Made by a program: the position numbers and the translations under genes. A stretch of 64,000 bases of DNA. It comes from Camelus dromedarius. Its lineage: Eukaryota. The notes below the pieces were generated by a model. The model made no database searches, was not told the origin of the DNA, and saw only the letters and a program-made list of their open reading frames with translations. The stretch covers positions 54,934,001 through 54,998,000 of the forward strand of contig NC_087436.1 of the NCBI RefSeq assembly GCF_036321535.1. Direction: 5' to 3'. Shown piece by piece: positions 39,771 to 53,606 of this stretch; the first letter of the stretch is position 1; each line of letters starts with the position of its first letter.

Positions 39771-40600
39771 CTCTTGTAACTTTGATAAATTAACCTATTA
39801 CTTTTAGTAGGTGTTTTGTGGAGTCCTTGAAGATTTTCTATGTAAACAATCATGTCTTATAGAAAAAGAAACACTTTTTACCTATTTCTTGTCAATCATT
39901 ATGCATTTTATGCTATTCATTTCATTACTGCAATAGGTAGGACCTGCAATATAAAAGCTGAATGGTAATAGTGAGGGTGGACATTATTGCTTTATTCCTA
40001 ATCCTAGGTAGAAAATATCAAATATTCACCCTTAAATATGAGGTTAGCTGTAGGTTTCACATAAATGGCCCTTATCAGTTTGTGGAAGTTCTCGTTTACT
40101 TGTATATGGCTAAAAGTTTAAAAAATGACTTGATGCTGAATTTTGTCAAATATACTTCTACATCTATTGAAATATTTATGTTTTTTTCTTTTATTGTGAA
40201 TATGGTGAATTACATTGATCGAATTTTGAATGTTAAACCAACCTTACATTTTTGAGGTTAAGTCCAACTTGGTTATGATGTTTTGGCCTTTATACATATT
40301 ATTGGCTTTGATTTTGCTAATAGTTTGCTGAAGATTTTTGTGCACATATTCATGAAAGATATTGGTCTCTGCAGTGTTTATTTCTTCAAATGTATCTGTC
40401 TAGTTTTGGTATCAAGTTAATAGTGACCTCATGAAATGAGTTAGAAATTATCTCCTCCTCCTCTTTTTTCTGAAAGAGTTTGATAGAATTGGTATTTATT
40501 TCCTTAAATGTTAGGGAGAATTCACTATGGAAGGCATCTGGAGCTGAACTGTTCTTTGTTGGACTATTTTAAACAACTTTTATACTTTCTAAAATTGATG
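39771..40600 (-). mobile_element. Old L1M ORF2 fragment (right part of the host)
   Basis: Continues from 33070: aactttgataaattaacctattac...gattttctatgtaaacaatcatgtc...catgaaagatattggtct. Confidence 0.8.
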
Positions 40601-40789
40601 TACTTATAATAACTTCTCATGTTAATATAAATTTTAATCAAAGAATAGTTTTATTTTAATTAGAAACAATTTCCCCTTCTGTTTTTATAATTTAGATTCA
40701 CTAGTATTTTTCCCAAGGAGACATTTTTCCATGGGAAATTTGCTTTTTCCCCCCCTAAGAACATAAAATACTGTAGGGCAGGGAAAATG

Positions 40790-40875
40790 ACATATTTGTA
40801 TTTGTTCTCTAGTCCTTATCATAGTGTCTTGTGCAACAGTATTCAGTAAATGTTTGTTTAAATGAATTAATGAAA
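40790..40875 (+). mobile_element. L2 3' end
   Basis: atagtgtcttgtgcaacagtattcagtaaatgtttgtttaaatgaattaatgaa. Confidence 0.55.
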
Positions 40876-43800
40876 AGGTCAGGTCAGTGATAAGACCCAA
40901 GCTTTAATCTATTTATCCTCCCTAAGTTATACTTTTCTCACTCATAACATGAATGAGTGCATATGAATATTAAGTTCCAGTCAGTTTTGAAATCCCTTGA
41001 AATATACTAATGTTTTACTCGTATGAATGCAAAACTAAGAAAAGAAAAGGAGAATTCAACAGCAATGACTTTTTCATAAATATCCCAAGACTTTCATCCA
41101 CAGAGATTTCTTTACATTCTCTTCAGGTAAGTTTTAGTATTGATATCTGCAAGTGTGCCTCTAAGACATTTTGGATCTGTGGTAATTTTCTATTCTATGT
41201 TTTAACCATAAAGTTTAGAGATAAAAGGGACTAAGAGATCTAATCAAAACTCATTACTGAGTAAAAACAATTAATTGAATCTCAGAGAAAATAAGTGTTT
41301 TTCTACCTGTGTAAGTGACCTCTTTCTAAATACAAAAGTCTCTGAGTAACAAAATAGAGAGGTTACTGAAGGTGACAGTAGAACTAAGGTATCTGAAGTT
41401 TCTCTCTTCCTCCCTCATGCTCACTTATCTGTCAGATCAGAAACATTAAGACCAAAAGAGATTTATAAAATAACTGTGTGTGGCACCTTAAGGGTATATG
41501 TCAATCAATGTAAAACCTTTATAATCAGGTACAGTTTCTCCCACCTCCACACCATAGTTTTTCTACAGTATAAGATCAAAAAATATTTTCTAATTATTTC
41601 TTATTTAGAATTTATTTATGTCAATGCCAATCTCAGGGCTTCAAAACTTCATATTTCTTACAAACTAAGTCCCACAGTGAAGTTGTACTTATTTAATGTT
41701 GTGATTTTATACATGTGTGTATATATACATCCACACAAATTTGTGCAATTCTTACTCAATGTAAAAATTGTTTTATTTTCCTAGAATAAACAATAAATTT
41801 CCTTCCTTGGCCATAGATTTTTACAGTTAATATATCTATTTATCTTTGTTTCTCTCATTTCTATAAAAGAAGGCAAATAGGTAAGTACACTTAGTTACAG
41901 CTAACCTGCCTTATACCCCTTAACATTAAATCATTTTATAAAATAAACTGATTTTACATAAATCTCTCCATGGTTAATTGAATAATCTTTTTTTAGGGTT
42001 TACCTCATAAAGCAAACTAGGAAAAGGATCTATTTCAGTTGTCCAGTAACGATATTGTTATGAAACTAAACCTTGAGTTTCCACAAATCAGTAGGAATAA
42101 CTGACTAGGCAGCTGCTTTCTGTGAAACGGAGCAGCACAACAGTGGTACACTGAAAATATTGGTGGCAGATAATTAAATTGTTCAATTTGTGTCCATTTA
42201 GAATCTTGCTTATCTTTAATATTATCTGACAATGCTTTTAGTTGTGTCACATGCTAATTTAGAGTACTTGGTGAAAAATAAAAAATGTCAAAACATCTTT
42301 TTAGTTTAATAGAGGTATTATGTTAAAAGAGATGAAAAAAGAATAGTAGAGGAAAATGAAAGGAAGGATCTATTCAGTCTTTTATCTTACATATACGTTG
42401 TATATTAATTGTAACATTTATGATTTTTAGGAAAGGAAGGAAATAAAAACAGAGTCAGACTAATTTTTGGTTTTTGTAGTTGAGATATTTTTCTTAATCT
42501 TCTAATTTAAAAGGCTGTTGTATGATGTTCACAGGACTTAGACTATTTCTAGGAAATGTTCTAGGAGTATGAATTTTTCTTTTGTCCTGCCTCTGTTAAA
42601 TTACAGCTAAAAGGGAGAAGATAGGAAAAAACATAGATGAATTTTAAAGAATAGAAATAAGAGATTGAAATACATAAATTACTATAAACTCATATTAATA
42701 ACATACAGATTAAAATTTATTTGCATACTTTAAAATATTTAACCATCCTTTATTATTTGAATTCAAATTCCCTTGGGTCTAAATTGGGCTCTTATTAATA
42801 AAACAGGTCCTTTTGGACTTTACGTTAATGCTTTAAGTCAGTGGTATATTAATAGTAATTCTACTATGGTAGTATTTCACATTGATAGAGTGGTTCCAAC
42901 TTGCCTACAGGCACTCAGATGGTGATTGGAGCCCAGCTTTGTCTCAAGCAGTCTTGCTCTGAGTCTGTTTTCCTCACCATAACATTATGCTGCCTCTCAT
43001 ATTACAGAAATATTTAACATTGCAACTCTGGTTACATCACCATCAATTCCTTTCACAAGGACTTATCTTGAGTTCTGCATGTGTTTGTTCTAAAATTGTC
43101 ATTTCTGTGTTTTAAGATATACCTTTGGGAATTCTGAAGAAAGAAAAAAATATAAGCAATTCAGATGTCCAGCCATCTTGTTCCTCTCTAATCATCTATA
43201 GTAGAGGAGAGAAATGTTGCTAAACATTAAATGTAATCAATTAATTCCATTTTAATAATTACCAAATTTATAACTGAACCTTAAAAATAGCACTCAAACA
43301 TATTTTCCATATTGAGTCCATTTTTCCTCTATTAGAAAATTACCCCTGAGTGAAATATGTATACAAAATTATTACTGAGTCAAAATTAATTTAGTTTTAT
43401 GAATATGGAACATTGGTGATAGTAGTTCATTATGAAAATAATATAATTATTTTAGTTGCATTAAGACAGATATTAAAAATTATATTTCTATTCCTGTGAA
43501 AAATATCTCCTGGAACTTTAGTGAGGAAAGTAGGTAAATTCTATTTTAAGAAAATTTAGAAATATAGTCCCTTGAAAAATATATCCACTGATGTTCTATG
43601 GCAGAAAAAAATTAACACATAAATCAATATTGAAACAATATAGAGAACACTATTCCCTAAAGAAATAACACCAAGAGAATATATGTCTGAACTCTTTCTG
43701 TAAGTGATTAAATTGCCTGTTTCGAATTTTTATTGAAAAATAATTAAAAAAATAAAATAGTTAAGGAATGGCTTAAGAGGATAAATAATATCGTGTGGAA

Positions 43801-45209
43801 AGTTACTCATAAACAGCTTGCTTTTTATGATTCCTTTATTCATAGCTTCCATATTTCTTTTATATATGAGATAATGTGTGTAAAATGTGTCACACCTAGT
43901 TGGGATTCAATCGAATTAGTTTCTGCAGTTGATTGTTTCATCATTTTCAGAGCCCTCTACTGTTTTTATTTAAAATAACAAGTTTTTTAAACCATGCTTA
44001 TTTTGTCTCCTGAAAGTCAGTTCATTCAATGCTGTTCATTGGCTGGTTTATTCTGGTTGTTAAAGCTGTAGAGAAATTTTACAATTTCATTATGAAAACA
44101 GTATATTTAGCTCAATACACCAAAGTATTTATTTTTCTAGCAATTTCTGAAAGCACCCCATAAAAAACAGTTATGTGAATTACTTTGAAAAGTTATACAC
44201 TGCTGTTAAAACGTAATTTTTATTATAATAATAATTTTGATTTAAATTGCAACTCTGATATTATTCTGATATTCTATATAATCTCTAATGTTTTTGAAGA
44301 AAAAATTTCAAGTCCCAGGTCAAAATTACTGACTCCAAGAATAAATTTACAGCAAAGTGAGTTTGAATACAGCTAAATTTCAATCAGGTAAGCTATAGAA
44401 ATAAGATAATTAGATTCCTCCTCCTTCCTATCCACTTCAGCAATTGTGAAAGCATGGCCCTTACTTTTAGTTATGATTTATTCACTTGACAGTATATGTT
44501 ATTGTAATTCACTAAGTCATTATTCAACTTCATTTGTTTATTAGCAACAATACCTGCTACTTAAGAACAGGAGGGATTTCTGAGATTGGTAGGCCTTCTT
44601 TCTCACCTACTTTCTTGCTTTCTTTTTAGTATTTTTTTATGTTAAATTGTGAGCTGGCAGTTGCATGTCTGAGCATGAATTTCTTGGTTTACAGTGAAAT
44701 AGCAGGCCCCTTAGGATAATATTGTTTTGAAAAGGAGATGACAGAAGTCCTGTTGGTTTGGCTTTGATACAAATTACAGTCCCTGTATCCTTCAGTTCAT
44801 GCCACATTTGTGAGTTGCCTGCCTACAGTTTCTCAGGATAGAGAAGAAAACGTATTTGGATTTCAAAGGAAAAATAAAAATAAAAATACTAAGCTTAGTA
44901 ATTGCTATTTTTTCCCAATAGGATCATGTACATGGTCTTAGTAAAACTGTACTCTACATATATTGCCAGAAAATATCCTTTTCTGCTGCTCCAGTAAATT
45001 CTTTAAAGGCTAAAAGTGTTAATTCTGAGTGTCATGACAATGACTGAGGAAAATGTAAAAAAAGCATAAGAAAAAGCAAGGATTTAGTTTTCAGAATTTT
45101 TCCTCGGAATTGGGAAGAATAATACTGATTTTGCTTATTTTAATGGGATTCAACAAACAGTACCTGGAAGAGTAACCGGTAGACATTCGGGGTGATTCGT
45201 AAAGTGAGT

Positions 45210-45515
45210 GACAAAGACCTTCATGGAATTCCACATCCATCCCAACTACTTTTCCCTTTTATTTCTCCACTGTAGAGATTGAAGACACTCCGTATTCACC
45301 TTTCCAACCTCTACAGATCTAGTCATGTGATAACCTTCTGGTAAGTGAAGCCTAAGCAAAATGTGCTCAATGGTTTCTAGGAAAGGTTTTTATTCCCTGA
45401 TAAAAGAGATATTACTGCTTCTCCTCTCCCTTGGTGCTTTGAATGGCATGTGATACTTCAAACTGTAGGAGTCATTTTCTGAACATGAGAGAAAGGCTAA
45501 GAGAATTACAGAGGA
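45210..45515 (+). mobile_element. Old MaLR LTR (MLT1J/K-like), interrupted by an LTR33-like element
   Basis: tagtcatgtgataaccttctgg...ggtttctaggaaaggttttt...gcatgtgatacttcaaactgtaggagtcattttctgaacatgag. Confidence 0.6.
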
Positions 45516-45532
45516 CATATGTCGGTACGTGT

Positions 45533-45933
45533 TGTAGACAAAAGATGTACCACCCATAACTCCCTTTAAGGAAGAAACTGGTTGCTAGGTGTGGAGAGTG
45601 GGATCAGTAGACAGCATCCAAATATCTGCTCTTCAGGGTCTAACTCAGCTGCTGAGAGCTGCCTGGCTGAGGTCACACTCTTCCAGTGACAGAGTGAGAT
45701 GCAGTGAATATCCAGAGACAGACCTGATTGTTTCAGGCCAACACAAGACCCTCTGCTAGGCAACATTCACTCTGGAGCTCCCTGCTAGAACGGATGAGGT
45801 TTTTTTGGGTGTGAATCACAGTTTTATCTACCTAGTCCAACTCCTTCCCACTTCTCATAGGTATTGATCCCTATTAAACATTTTATAATCCAAACCCCAT
45901 CTCAGCCTTTCTTCCAGAGAATCCAGCCTGTAA
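45533..45933 (+). mobile_element. ERVL LTR (LTR33-like)
   Basis: Internal gctgagagctgcctggctgaggtcacactcttcc and terminus ttgatccctattaaac...ccccatctcagcctttcttccagagaatccagcctg. Confidence 0.7.
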
Positions 45934-46354
45934 TCATGAAAACAAAAATGACAGTCATCTACTTTCAGACATTTTTCATGTGCGAAACAATTTATTCAAA
46001 CCATAGTTACTTACAAGTTCACAGTTGTGTGCTGCCAAGTTATTCGTAGCTGTTATAGGTAGACAGTTCCAGAATTTATTTTCTTAAATGTTTTTCTTTA
46101 ATTCTCACAAGAAATAGTAGTATTATAAAATTCCGTAAATTGTAACTAAGAGGAACATCAAATATCATTTGCTCCAAAGTTTTTATTTTATCAATAAGAA
46201 ATCTGAAGACCAGGAATATGGATAAAAATTGCAGTAGATCTTAGTCAAGAGGGAAAAAAAAGGGCCACATCAAATAATTTATTTAATTTAAAAGATTTCT
46301 AGTATACTTCAGCTCCTTCATTACTTTCTCACATTTTATACTATGATCTAAAGG

Positions 46355-47122
46355 AGTTCTTCTCAAGCGTGGTCTCTAAACTAGCAGGGTCAGCATCACC
46401 GGGAAACTTGTTAGAAATTAAAGGCAAATACGGAGGTCCTACTGTTAGGCATTTAGAGAAATGAGCACCAGGTAAGGGGAGAGGAAAGGAGAGAGAGGAG
46501 CCCAGAAAATAAAAGTACACATGCGCTCAGGATAAGGGGCTCCAAAAACTTTTACTTTTAGTGAGGCCCAGCAAAGAAGCTGACTAGGATCCAACGCTGC
46601 AGCTGCACAATAGAGAGAAAGACCTGGCTTAACTTGACCAAATGCTTATTATAATATAATTAACATTGCAGTTTGAGCCCCCTCCCGTAGGTTTCTCTGT
46701 GTGCATCATGGGTAAAAATATGCATAAAAGGGAAGGGCGTGCCTGAGCACAAGGAATGTGAGCTGTTAGTCAGCCTGATCAAAGAAACTGAGCCATGAAT
46801 CAATCAATCAATCACAAACAAATGCCCCCTAAGCCATGATATAAAAACAGGAAAAACAAAGGAACAGCGCCAATTTTCCTCTCTTTGATTGGCCCGCTCC
46901 TAATTCTCGGGAGTGTATTATATTTTACTACTTTTTTACTTTACTAATAAAATCTTGTTTATATCATGCTTTCTGTCTCTCTCTAAAAATTCATCTTTTT
47001 CAGGTGACTAAGAACAAAGGTAACTCTTATTCCCCTCCTCCCAGTAACACTACCATGAATATATTCAAGCAGAAAGTCTAGCAGGGAGGAAGTGAAGCTT
47101 AGTAATTTGTATTTTAAGAAGA
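46355..47122. mobile_element. MER5A hAT MITE split by an ERV1 solo LTR
   Basis: ttctcaagcgtggtctctaaactagcagggtcagcatcaccgggaaacttgttagaaa on the left, resuming after 47053 (agtaatttgtattttaagaag). Confidence 0.7.
46443..47049 (+). mobile_element. ERV1-class solo LTR with perfect 4-bp TSD CTAC
   Basis: TGTTAGG...GTAACA ends. TSD ctac at 46439-42 and 47050-53. TATA-like gatataaaaa ~46838 and AATAAA ~46946. Confidence 0.92.
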
Positions 47123-47175
47123 GTTTATTGGAAAAGGAGGGGATTGAACCAAGTCAAGATTTTTAACAATGAACT

Positions 47176-47654
47176 TTTATCAGTAAGGGTTCTCCAGAGA
47201 AACAAAACTAATAAGGGCTGTGTGTGTGTGTGTGTGTGTGTGTGTTTGTATGATGTGAAACAGGTAGGGAAACAGGGAGAGAAACAGAGAGAGAGAAAGA
47301 GAGACTGATTGAGAAATACATTGTAAGGAATTGGTTCACATGATTGCGAAGGCCAGCAAATCCAAACTCTGCAGAGCAGGATGGAAGGCTTGGAGACCCA
47401 GGGAAGAGCTGATATTCCAGCTTGAGACCAAAGGCAGTCTGGAGGCACAACTCTTCCTCAGAGACCTCAGTCTATTTTGTTTTAAGATCTTCAATTGATT
47501 GGAAAAGTCTCACCCACATTATTGAGACTAATCTACTGATTCAAATGTTAATCTCATCTGAAAAATAACTTCACAGCAATATCCAGGCTGGTATTTGACC
47601 AAATATCTGGTTACTGAGGCCTAATCAAATGGACACATAAAATTAACCATCACA
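47176..47654 (-). mobile_element. ERVL LTR (MLT2B/D-like) with internal (TG)n/(GA)n
   Basis: agggttctccagagaaacaaaac...aaggaattggttcacatgatt...gacacataaaattaaccatcaca. Confidence 0.9.
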
Positions 47655-48689
47655 GGACCCTTTGTTTGAATGAATGAAACATTATATAGAAGTCCATATG
47701 TAAAATCAATAAAAAGTTCAATGGTTGAAGCAGGATGAATTCCTGGAATTCTTTACAGACACCACCTCCCACTTCAACAGCACCACTTTCTAAGAGACTA
47801 AGGGACCTCACAGAATCTCAAAGATTTATTGATGTACCATTTAAAAACCACATAAATACCTAAATAATGGGACTACTTCCAGCTCTCAGACCCCAACTGA
47901 TGTAAGAAGATATTTCCAGACAAGGTCCTAAAGGCCTTCCCTATATTCTAAATTTTTAGAAATGTGTAATTTATTTGTCAATTGTCTAAATGTATGACAA
48001 ATTCCTGCTCACCAAATGTTTCCCTCATCTAGGAGCATGCTTATTAAATACAGCAACTTATTAAATACACAATCCTACTTCTGTAGGGTTCTCTACTAGG
48101 TTTTGCTTCGACAGATTTTTAGGAAATTTATTTCAAAAAAATAGCAAGGGCAAATTTTCACTCAATCCATGTATAAATTTTCAGATTTCAAATAAATGGG
48201 GTAATAGTAAAATTTTAATACAATAATATGGCATTTCTTAACAGTATGGAAAATGATGAAGTTATAAACCCTTAAATTAAATCAAGCATTCCAGATACAG
48301 GAATCAGTCATTGTGGGATTAAACAGTAATAGTTTCTAAAATGAAACCCTCTGGGACTCAAATTTTTAAATCATTGTGTTTTGTCTAAACCTATACACAA
48401 GCATCTCAAAAATATCTGAGCATATTTACATGAAAAAGAAATTATTTTTCCCAGTCTTGAGTTCTTAAATGCTTCTTTCATGCGAAGTCAAGGAACTGTA
48501 GAGATTAATCAAGAATCCAAAAATTGGTTTGACTTGCATTCTTTCAAAATATTGTTAATGAAGTAAGAATTGCTGTGTAGATGATTTTTTTAATTTTAAG
48601 AGTAGTTTAAAGCTTATTAGATAATGAAACTAAAATAAATTTGCCACAATCTTTCTTGTATTTCCTATTATTAAGATAAGATAACTTGG

Positions 48690-48860
48690 ACTCTAAAAGT
48701 TATGTTTAGACTAACATTTTACATTATCTCTAATGACAAGAAATAGTAAATGTACTTTCTTTTTATTACAGGTGAAGGAACAAATTCAAAGAGCCCAACT
48801 GATGTGAAGGTCAAATAACTAGTAAGTACAGAAGGCTGTATTTGAAACCAAGTTTTTTAG
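48690..48860 (-). mobile_element. MIR fragment
   Basis: ttattacaggtgaaggaacaaattcaaagag...aaggtcaaataactagtaagtacagaaggctgtatttgaa. Confidence 0.6.
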
Positions 48861-49082
48861 AGAGTTTCTGGACCTGGTTCTCTCAAATGCCAGTGATAGG
48901 ACTGTATAAATAAATTACTTATACCTGGGCAACAGAGGAGACTATGAAAGAAGAGGTCAACTCTTAGAATGAGATGAAAGGGATTAGATCAAGATGACAA
49001 ACTGAACATATCTGTCCACCTCTCATTCACCTCATATTCCCTTGGAATAACAGAAAATAAAATTTTAAAGAATGAGATTATA

Positions 49083-50440
49083 GGGGCTCCATTTTCAAGA
49101 TAACAAGGTGAAGAGCTCCACAGACCCATTCTTCAGTGAAATAAGCAAAACTAATAAAAACTATAAAACTAAAAAAAAAAAAAAAGCCTCTAGAAACTTC
49201 TCTAAGGGCATACAGAAAATTAAAAAAAAAAATTCAAGAATATAGTAAGTTTTTACTTTTCTCAGTAAGAAGAGTGAGAGACTATGGCATCTGAGTCATG
49301 ACTCATTGCTTCTCTCCACCTACCAAACTCAGCTTAATGAAAGCTATACTATTAGGTGTGGCCAAGAGAAGGTTCCCTTTTCTCTCAGCTCTGAATTAAG
49401 TTTTACCATATCTCCCTAGGAGTATAAACCATCAGTATTTCTCATCTTCTCCAATTGCAAGTTGAAATGGCTAACTTCCTAGTAAGTGCCAGCTAATAGT
49501 TGAGGGGCTCCTTTTTCCACTCAGTGTCTATTCATAGGACAGAGGCTCTGCCCTATGTGCATCAAGCTAAGAATGCTGAGATCCCTATGGCCTCAGCCCA
49601 GCTACTTCTTAAAGCAGAGGTTCTATTCTGAAAGAGGCAAGCCAAAGAATCCAGAGGCTACTGCCCCACCCAGAGCCCAGAGTAATGGCTCAGAGAGATT
49701 TCCCAGGGGAAGAGGCAGTCCATAAGAAACAGAGCCCTGAAGCTTTATCTAAAGAAGTTACCTTAGGTTCTTCATTTGAAATAAAGTTCAAGCTGAAGGG
49801 TGCTCTCAAAAATAATAGCTTCTCTTAGTTAATAGTAACAAGCTAGGCCATTGGTCATCCAATTTTCTGGAGAGAACCATGGGAAAAGACATCTGAAAAG
49901 AGTGCTCTGGGACAGATAAAACAACAACAACAACAAAAATTTAAAGACTGGTCTCAAAAATTACCACTGTAAAAATTAATTGGACCAGACTGCTGCAAAA
50001 TTTATGCTCTAGGGTGATGTTGAAAATAATAGAAAGAATCAACCAGTAATTATTTAAGCCTAACGAACTGGGTGTAATACCAAAGGAAGTAGATGGCTTA
50101 ACAGAGAGATCAGAGAAAGACAAGAAAGCCCCGGTAAAACCACTGTCATCCCAGGCGTGGGCCACATGCCCAAGGCTGTATTTTCAGAGGAATGACACCA
50201 AAGACTTAATACTTCAAGGGAAATAGACTTTACCAAGTAGCCTAGTCAAGTCACAAAACAAATAAGCACACGAACAATCACCAAAACAGCCCCAGAGAGC
50301 AGGAAGGGAAATCATCATCCAGAGTTGATACAAGGTACTATATAAAGTGGCTAGCACTTAACAATAGAAATTATAAGACATGCAACACATGATCCAGACA
50401 CAAGAAAAAAGTAGGCCACAGAAATTGTCAGGAACCAGAT
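49083..50440 (+). mobile_element. Old L1M 5' region
   Basis: L1M-type 5'UTR motifs (gcctctagaaacttctctaagggcatacag; cactgtcatcccaggcg; ccagagttgatacaag...aaattataagacatgcaa). Confidence 0.6.
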
Positions 50441-50449
50441 ATCACATTC

Positions 50450-52515
50450 AATGGATACCACCAAAAAAATTATTAGGACAGATTAGAATTAGTTAAAGAA
50501 ATTCAGTACATTTGTAGGATGCAAAATTAATACACAGTGCTAATATACACCAACAAAGTACTATCAGAAAAAGAAATTAAGAAAACAATCCAATTTACAT
50601 TTACATCAAAAAGACTAAAGTACCTAGGATTAAATCTAAGGAGGTAAAAGATCTCAATCTGAAAACTACAAGACGCTGATGAAAGAAATTGCAAGACAGC
50701 ACAAATGGAAAGATATACCATGTTCATGGACTGGAAAAACTAGTATTGTTAAAATGACCACATTCCTCAAGGCAATCTATCAATTCAATGCAATTCCTAT
50801 CAAAATATAAATGGCATTTTCCACCATACTAGAATAATTCTAAAATGTGTATGGAAACATGAAATACCCCTAATAGCCAAAACAATCTTGAGAAAGAAGA
50901 ACAAAGTTAGAGGTATCATATTCCCTTATTTCAAACTATACAACAAAGCTACAGTAATTAAAACATTATAATATTGGCCCAAAACCCAACAAATAGATCA
51001 TTGGAACAGAATGGAGAGCACAGAAATAAACCCACACACCTACAGTCAATTAATCTACAACCAAGGAGTCAAGAATATACAATGGGGGAAAAGAAAGTCT
51101 CTTTAATAAATGATGTTGGAAAAACTGGACAGCTACATGCAAAAGAATCCAACTGAACTACTTTCTCACACCATATACAAAAATATGCTCAAAATGTATT
51201 AAAGACTTAAAGCTAAGACCTAAAACTGTAAAACTCCTAGGAAAAAAACATAGGCAGTATGCTCTTTAACTTCAGTCTTAGCAATATTGTTTTGGATATG
51301 TCTCCTCAAGGAGTGAATACAAAATTAAAAAATTAAAAATGGGACCACATCAAAGTAAAAAGCTTTTGCACAACAAAGAAAATGATAAGCAATATGAAAA
51401 GGCAGCCTACTGAATGAGAGGAAATGTTTGTAAGCAATATATCTGATAAGAGGTTAATATCCCAAATATACAAAGAACACATACAATTCAGCATCAAAAA
51501 ACCAAACAACCCAATTAAAAAATGGGCAGAGGACCTGAATAGACATTTTTCCAAAAAAGATACACAGATGGCTAACAGGCACATAAAAACATGCTCAACA
51601 TCACTAATCATCAGGGAAATGAAAATCAAAACCATAATGAGATGCCAGCTCTCATGTTTCAGGATGGCTATTATCAAAAAGACCAGTGTCAGGAGGATAT
51701 AGAGAAAAGGGAACTCTCACACACTGTTGGCTGGAATGTAAACTGGTGCAGCCACTATGGAAAAGAAAATAGTATGGAGGTTCCTCAAAAAATTAAAAAT
51801 AGAACTACCACACAATTCAGCAGATCCAACAATTCTACTTCTGGGTATTTTTCTGAAGAAAACAAAAACACTTAATTCAAAAAGATATATGCACTTCTAT
51901 GTTCACTGAAGCATTATTAATAATAGCCAAGATATGAAAACAACCTAAGCGTCCACTGATAGATGAATGGGTAAAGAAGAAATTATATACATATGTACAT
52001 ACACATACAAACACACACACAGGCACATATATACAGTGGCTCGAACTCAGCCATAAAAAGGAAATTCTGCCATTTGGGATATCACAAATGGATCTAGAGG
52101 GTATTATGCTAAGTGAAATAAGTCAGGCAGAGAAAGACAAACACCATACTATTTCACTTATGTGAAGATTTTAATATACAAAACAAATTAACAAACATAA
52201 CAGGACGGAAACAGACTCACAGATACAGAAAATAAACAGGTGAGTGCTAGAGGGGCCGTGGGTGGGAGAAGAGTGAAATAGATGAGAGGAGATTAAGAGG
52301 TACAAACTTCCAATTAAGAAATAAATGAGTCATGGGGATGAGATGTACAACATAGGAAATACAGTCAATAATATTGTAATAACTTTGTATGGTGACAGAT
52401 GGTAACTAGACTTATCACGGTGAACATTTTGTGATGTATAGAAATATGGAATGACTATGTTATACACCTGGTACTAACAAAGTGTTATAGGTCAATTATG
52501 TTTCAATAAAAAAGA
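50450..52515 (+). mobile_element. 5'-truncated L1 (ORF2 C-terminal half and 3'UTR), frameshifted
   Basis: ORF2 peptide [60 protein letters not shown]. Ends gtcaattatgtttcaataaaaaag. Confidence 0.92.
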
Positions 52516-53606
52516 AATGCAGCTGGATATATTGCAAATAAATATCAAACATATTTAGAACTTCATCAAAATTTGGATTTTTTAAATAATTCTTGAAATT
52601 AATTATATTACTTTAAACTGTAAATTTCAAAATAGGCAAGATTTCATATTTTTTTCATTAACTCATTCAAATATTGATTGAAATCTTATATGGTATGAAA
52701 GGTATAAAACTATACTAAATGGGATTCTTGTTTCAGAGGATTTCTCAAATGAGCTACACACACAACTGATTTCATTGTATTACAGCTACACTGTGTGTAA
52801 GCGTAAGTATCATGGAAAGCTTCTATTCTAATTCATAATACTATTTATAATTTTTAATAATATTAGGATGAATATTATTATTTGAGTTAAACAGAATAAC
52901 AAAAAGAATGTTATATGAGATTTCAAAATCATTAAAGCAGTTTTTTCTCAAGAGTCATAAGCATCTTTAGTTGCTTCATTAATTTACTTCACAATTTCAA
53001 TGATGTTACTAAAGAATATCAGTAATTCAAACAATTGTAAGTGTCCACATTCATATTTTGATATTCTCTATACAAGCTTTAACTATAATTAAGTATAGTT
53101 CTGCATGTAGGCCATAGCTAAGAAGCAAAGTACACATATAAAACTGAGACTTCCTTTTTTGCCACACCAAATTTAGGAGCTATACAATTTTGAGAATCAA
53201 AGTGAGTGAGAGAATTATCTGCAACAGCAATTAATTGTAGAGTAAACTGGATCCCAACTTTGTCCCAATGAAATACTTAAAAACAATGTGGAGTCTTTCT
53301 TCCCAACTTTCCTTTAGAAATGCACATATATTTATTGCTAGGTCAAAGATTTACTCAAACCACGTTTAGATGTCCAAATAAAATGTAGTTTACTTTCTGT
53401 GCTACTGATATAAATTTCTTTATAATTTCCTAGTTTTCAGTGTTGTGGAAAAAATGTATAAATTTTAGTTCAGTTGGGTAAGCACTGCAGATGTAATCAT
53501 TTAAACAGTACTTTTAGGTAAATGCTTAACTTCTTTAAATAAAAATGCTCAGAGTTCTACCCTGCTTCTTTCCAAGGTTGTATCCAAGTGTTTTGTAAGG
53601 TGATAA

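Noticed and set aside
21540..44395. Scattered strong splice-donor motifs (minus ~21547 and ~22722-22730; plus ~41124 and ~44385)
   Set aside because: I could not pair them with acceptors and open frames into a coherent exon chain. A lncRNA cannot be excluded without RNA data.
25181..51875. Numerous ORFs with L1 ORF2-like or antisense-L1 peptides as candidate genes
   Set aside because: All are frameshifted fragments of L1 elements listed above. No intact ORF1 or ORF2 remains.
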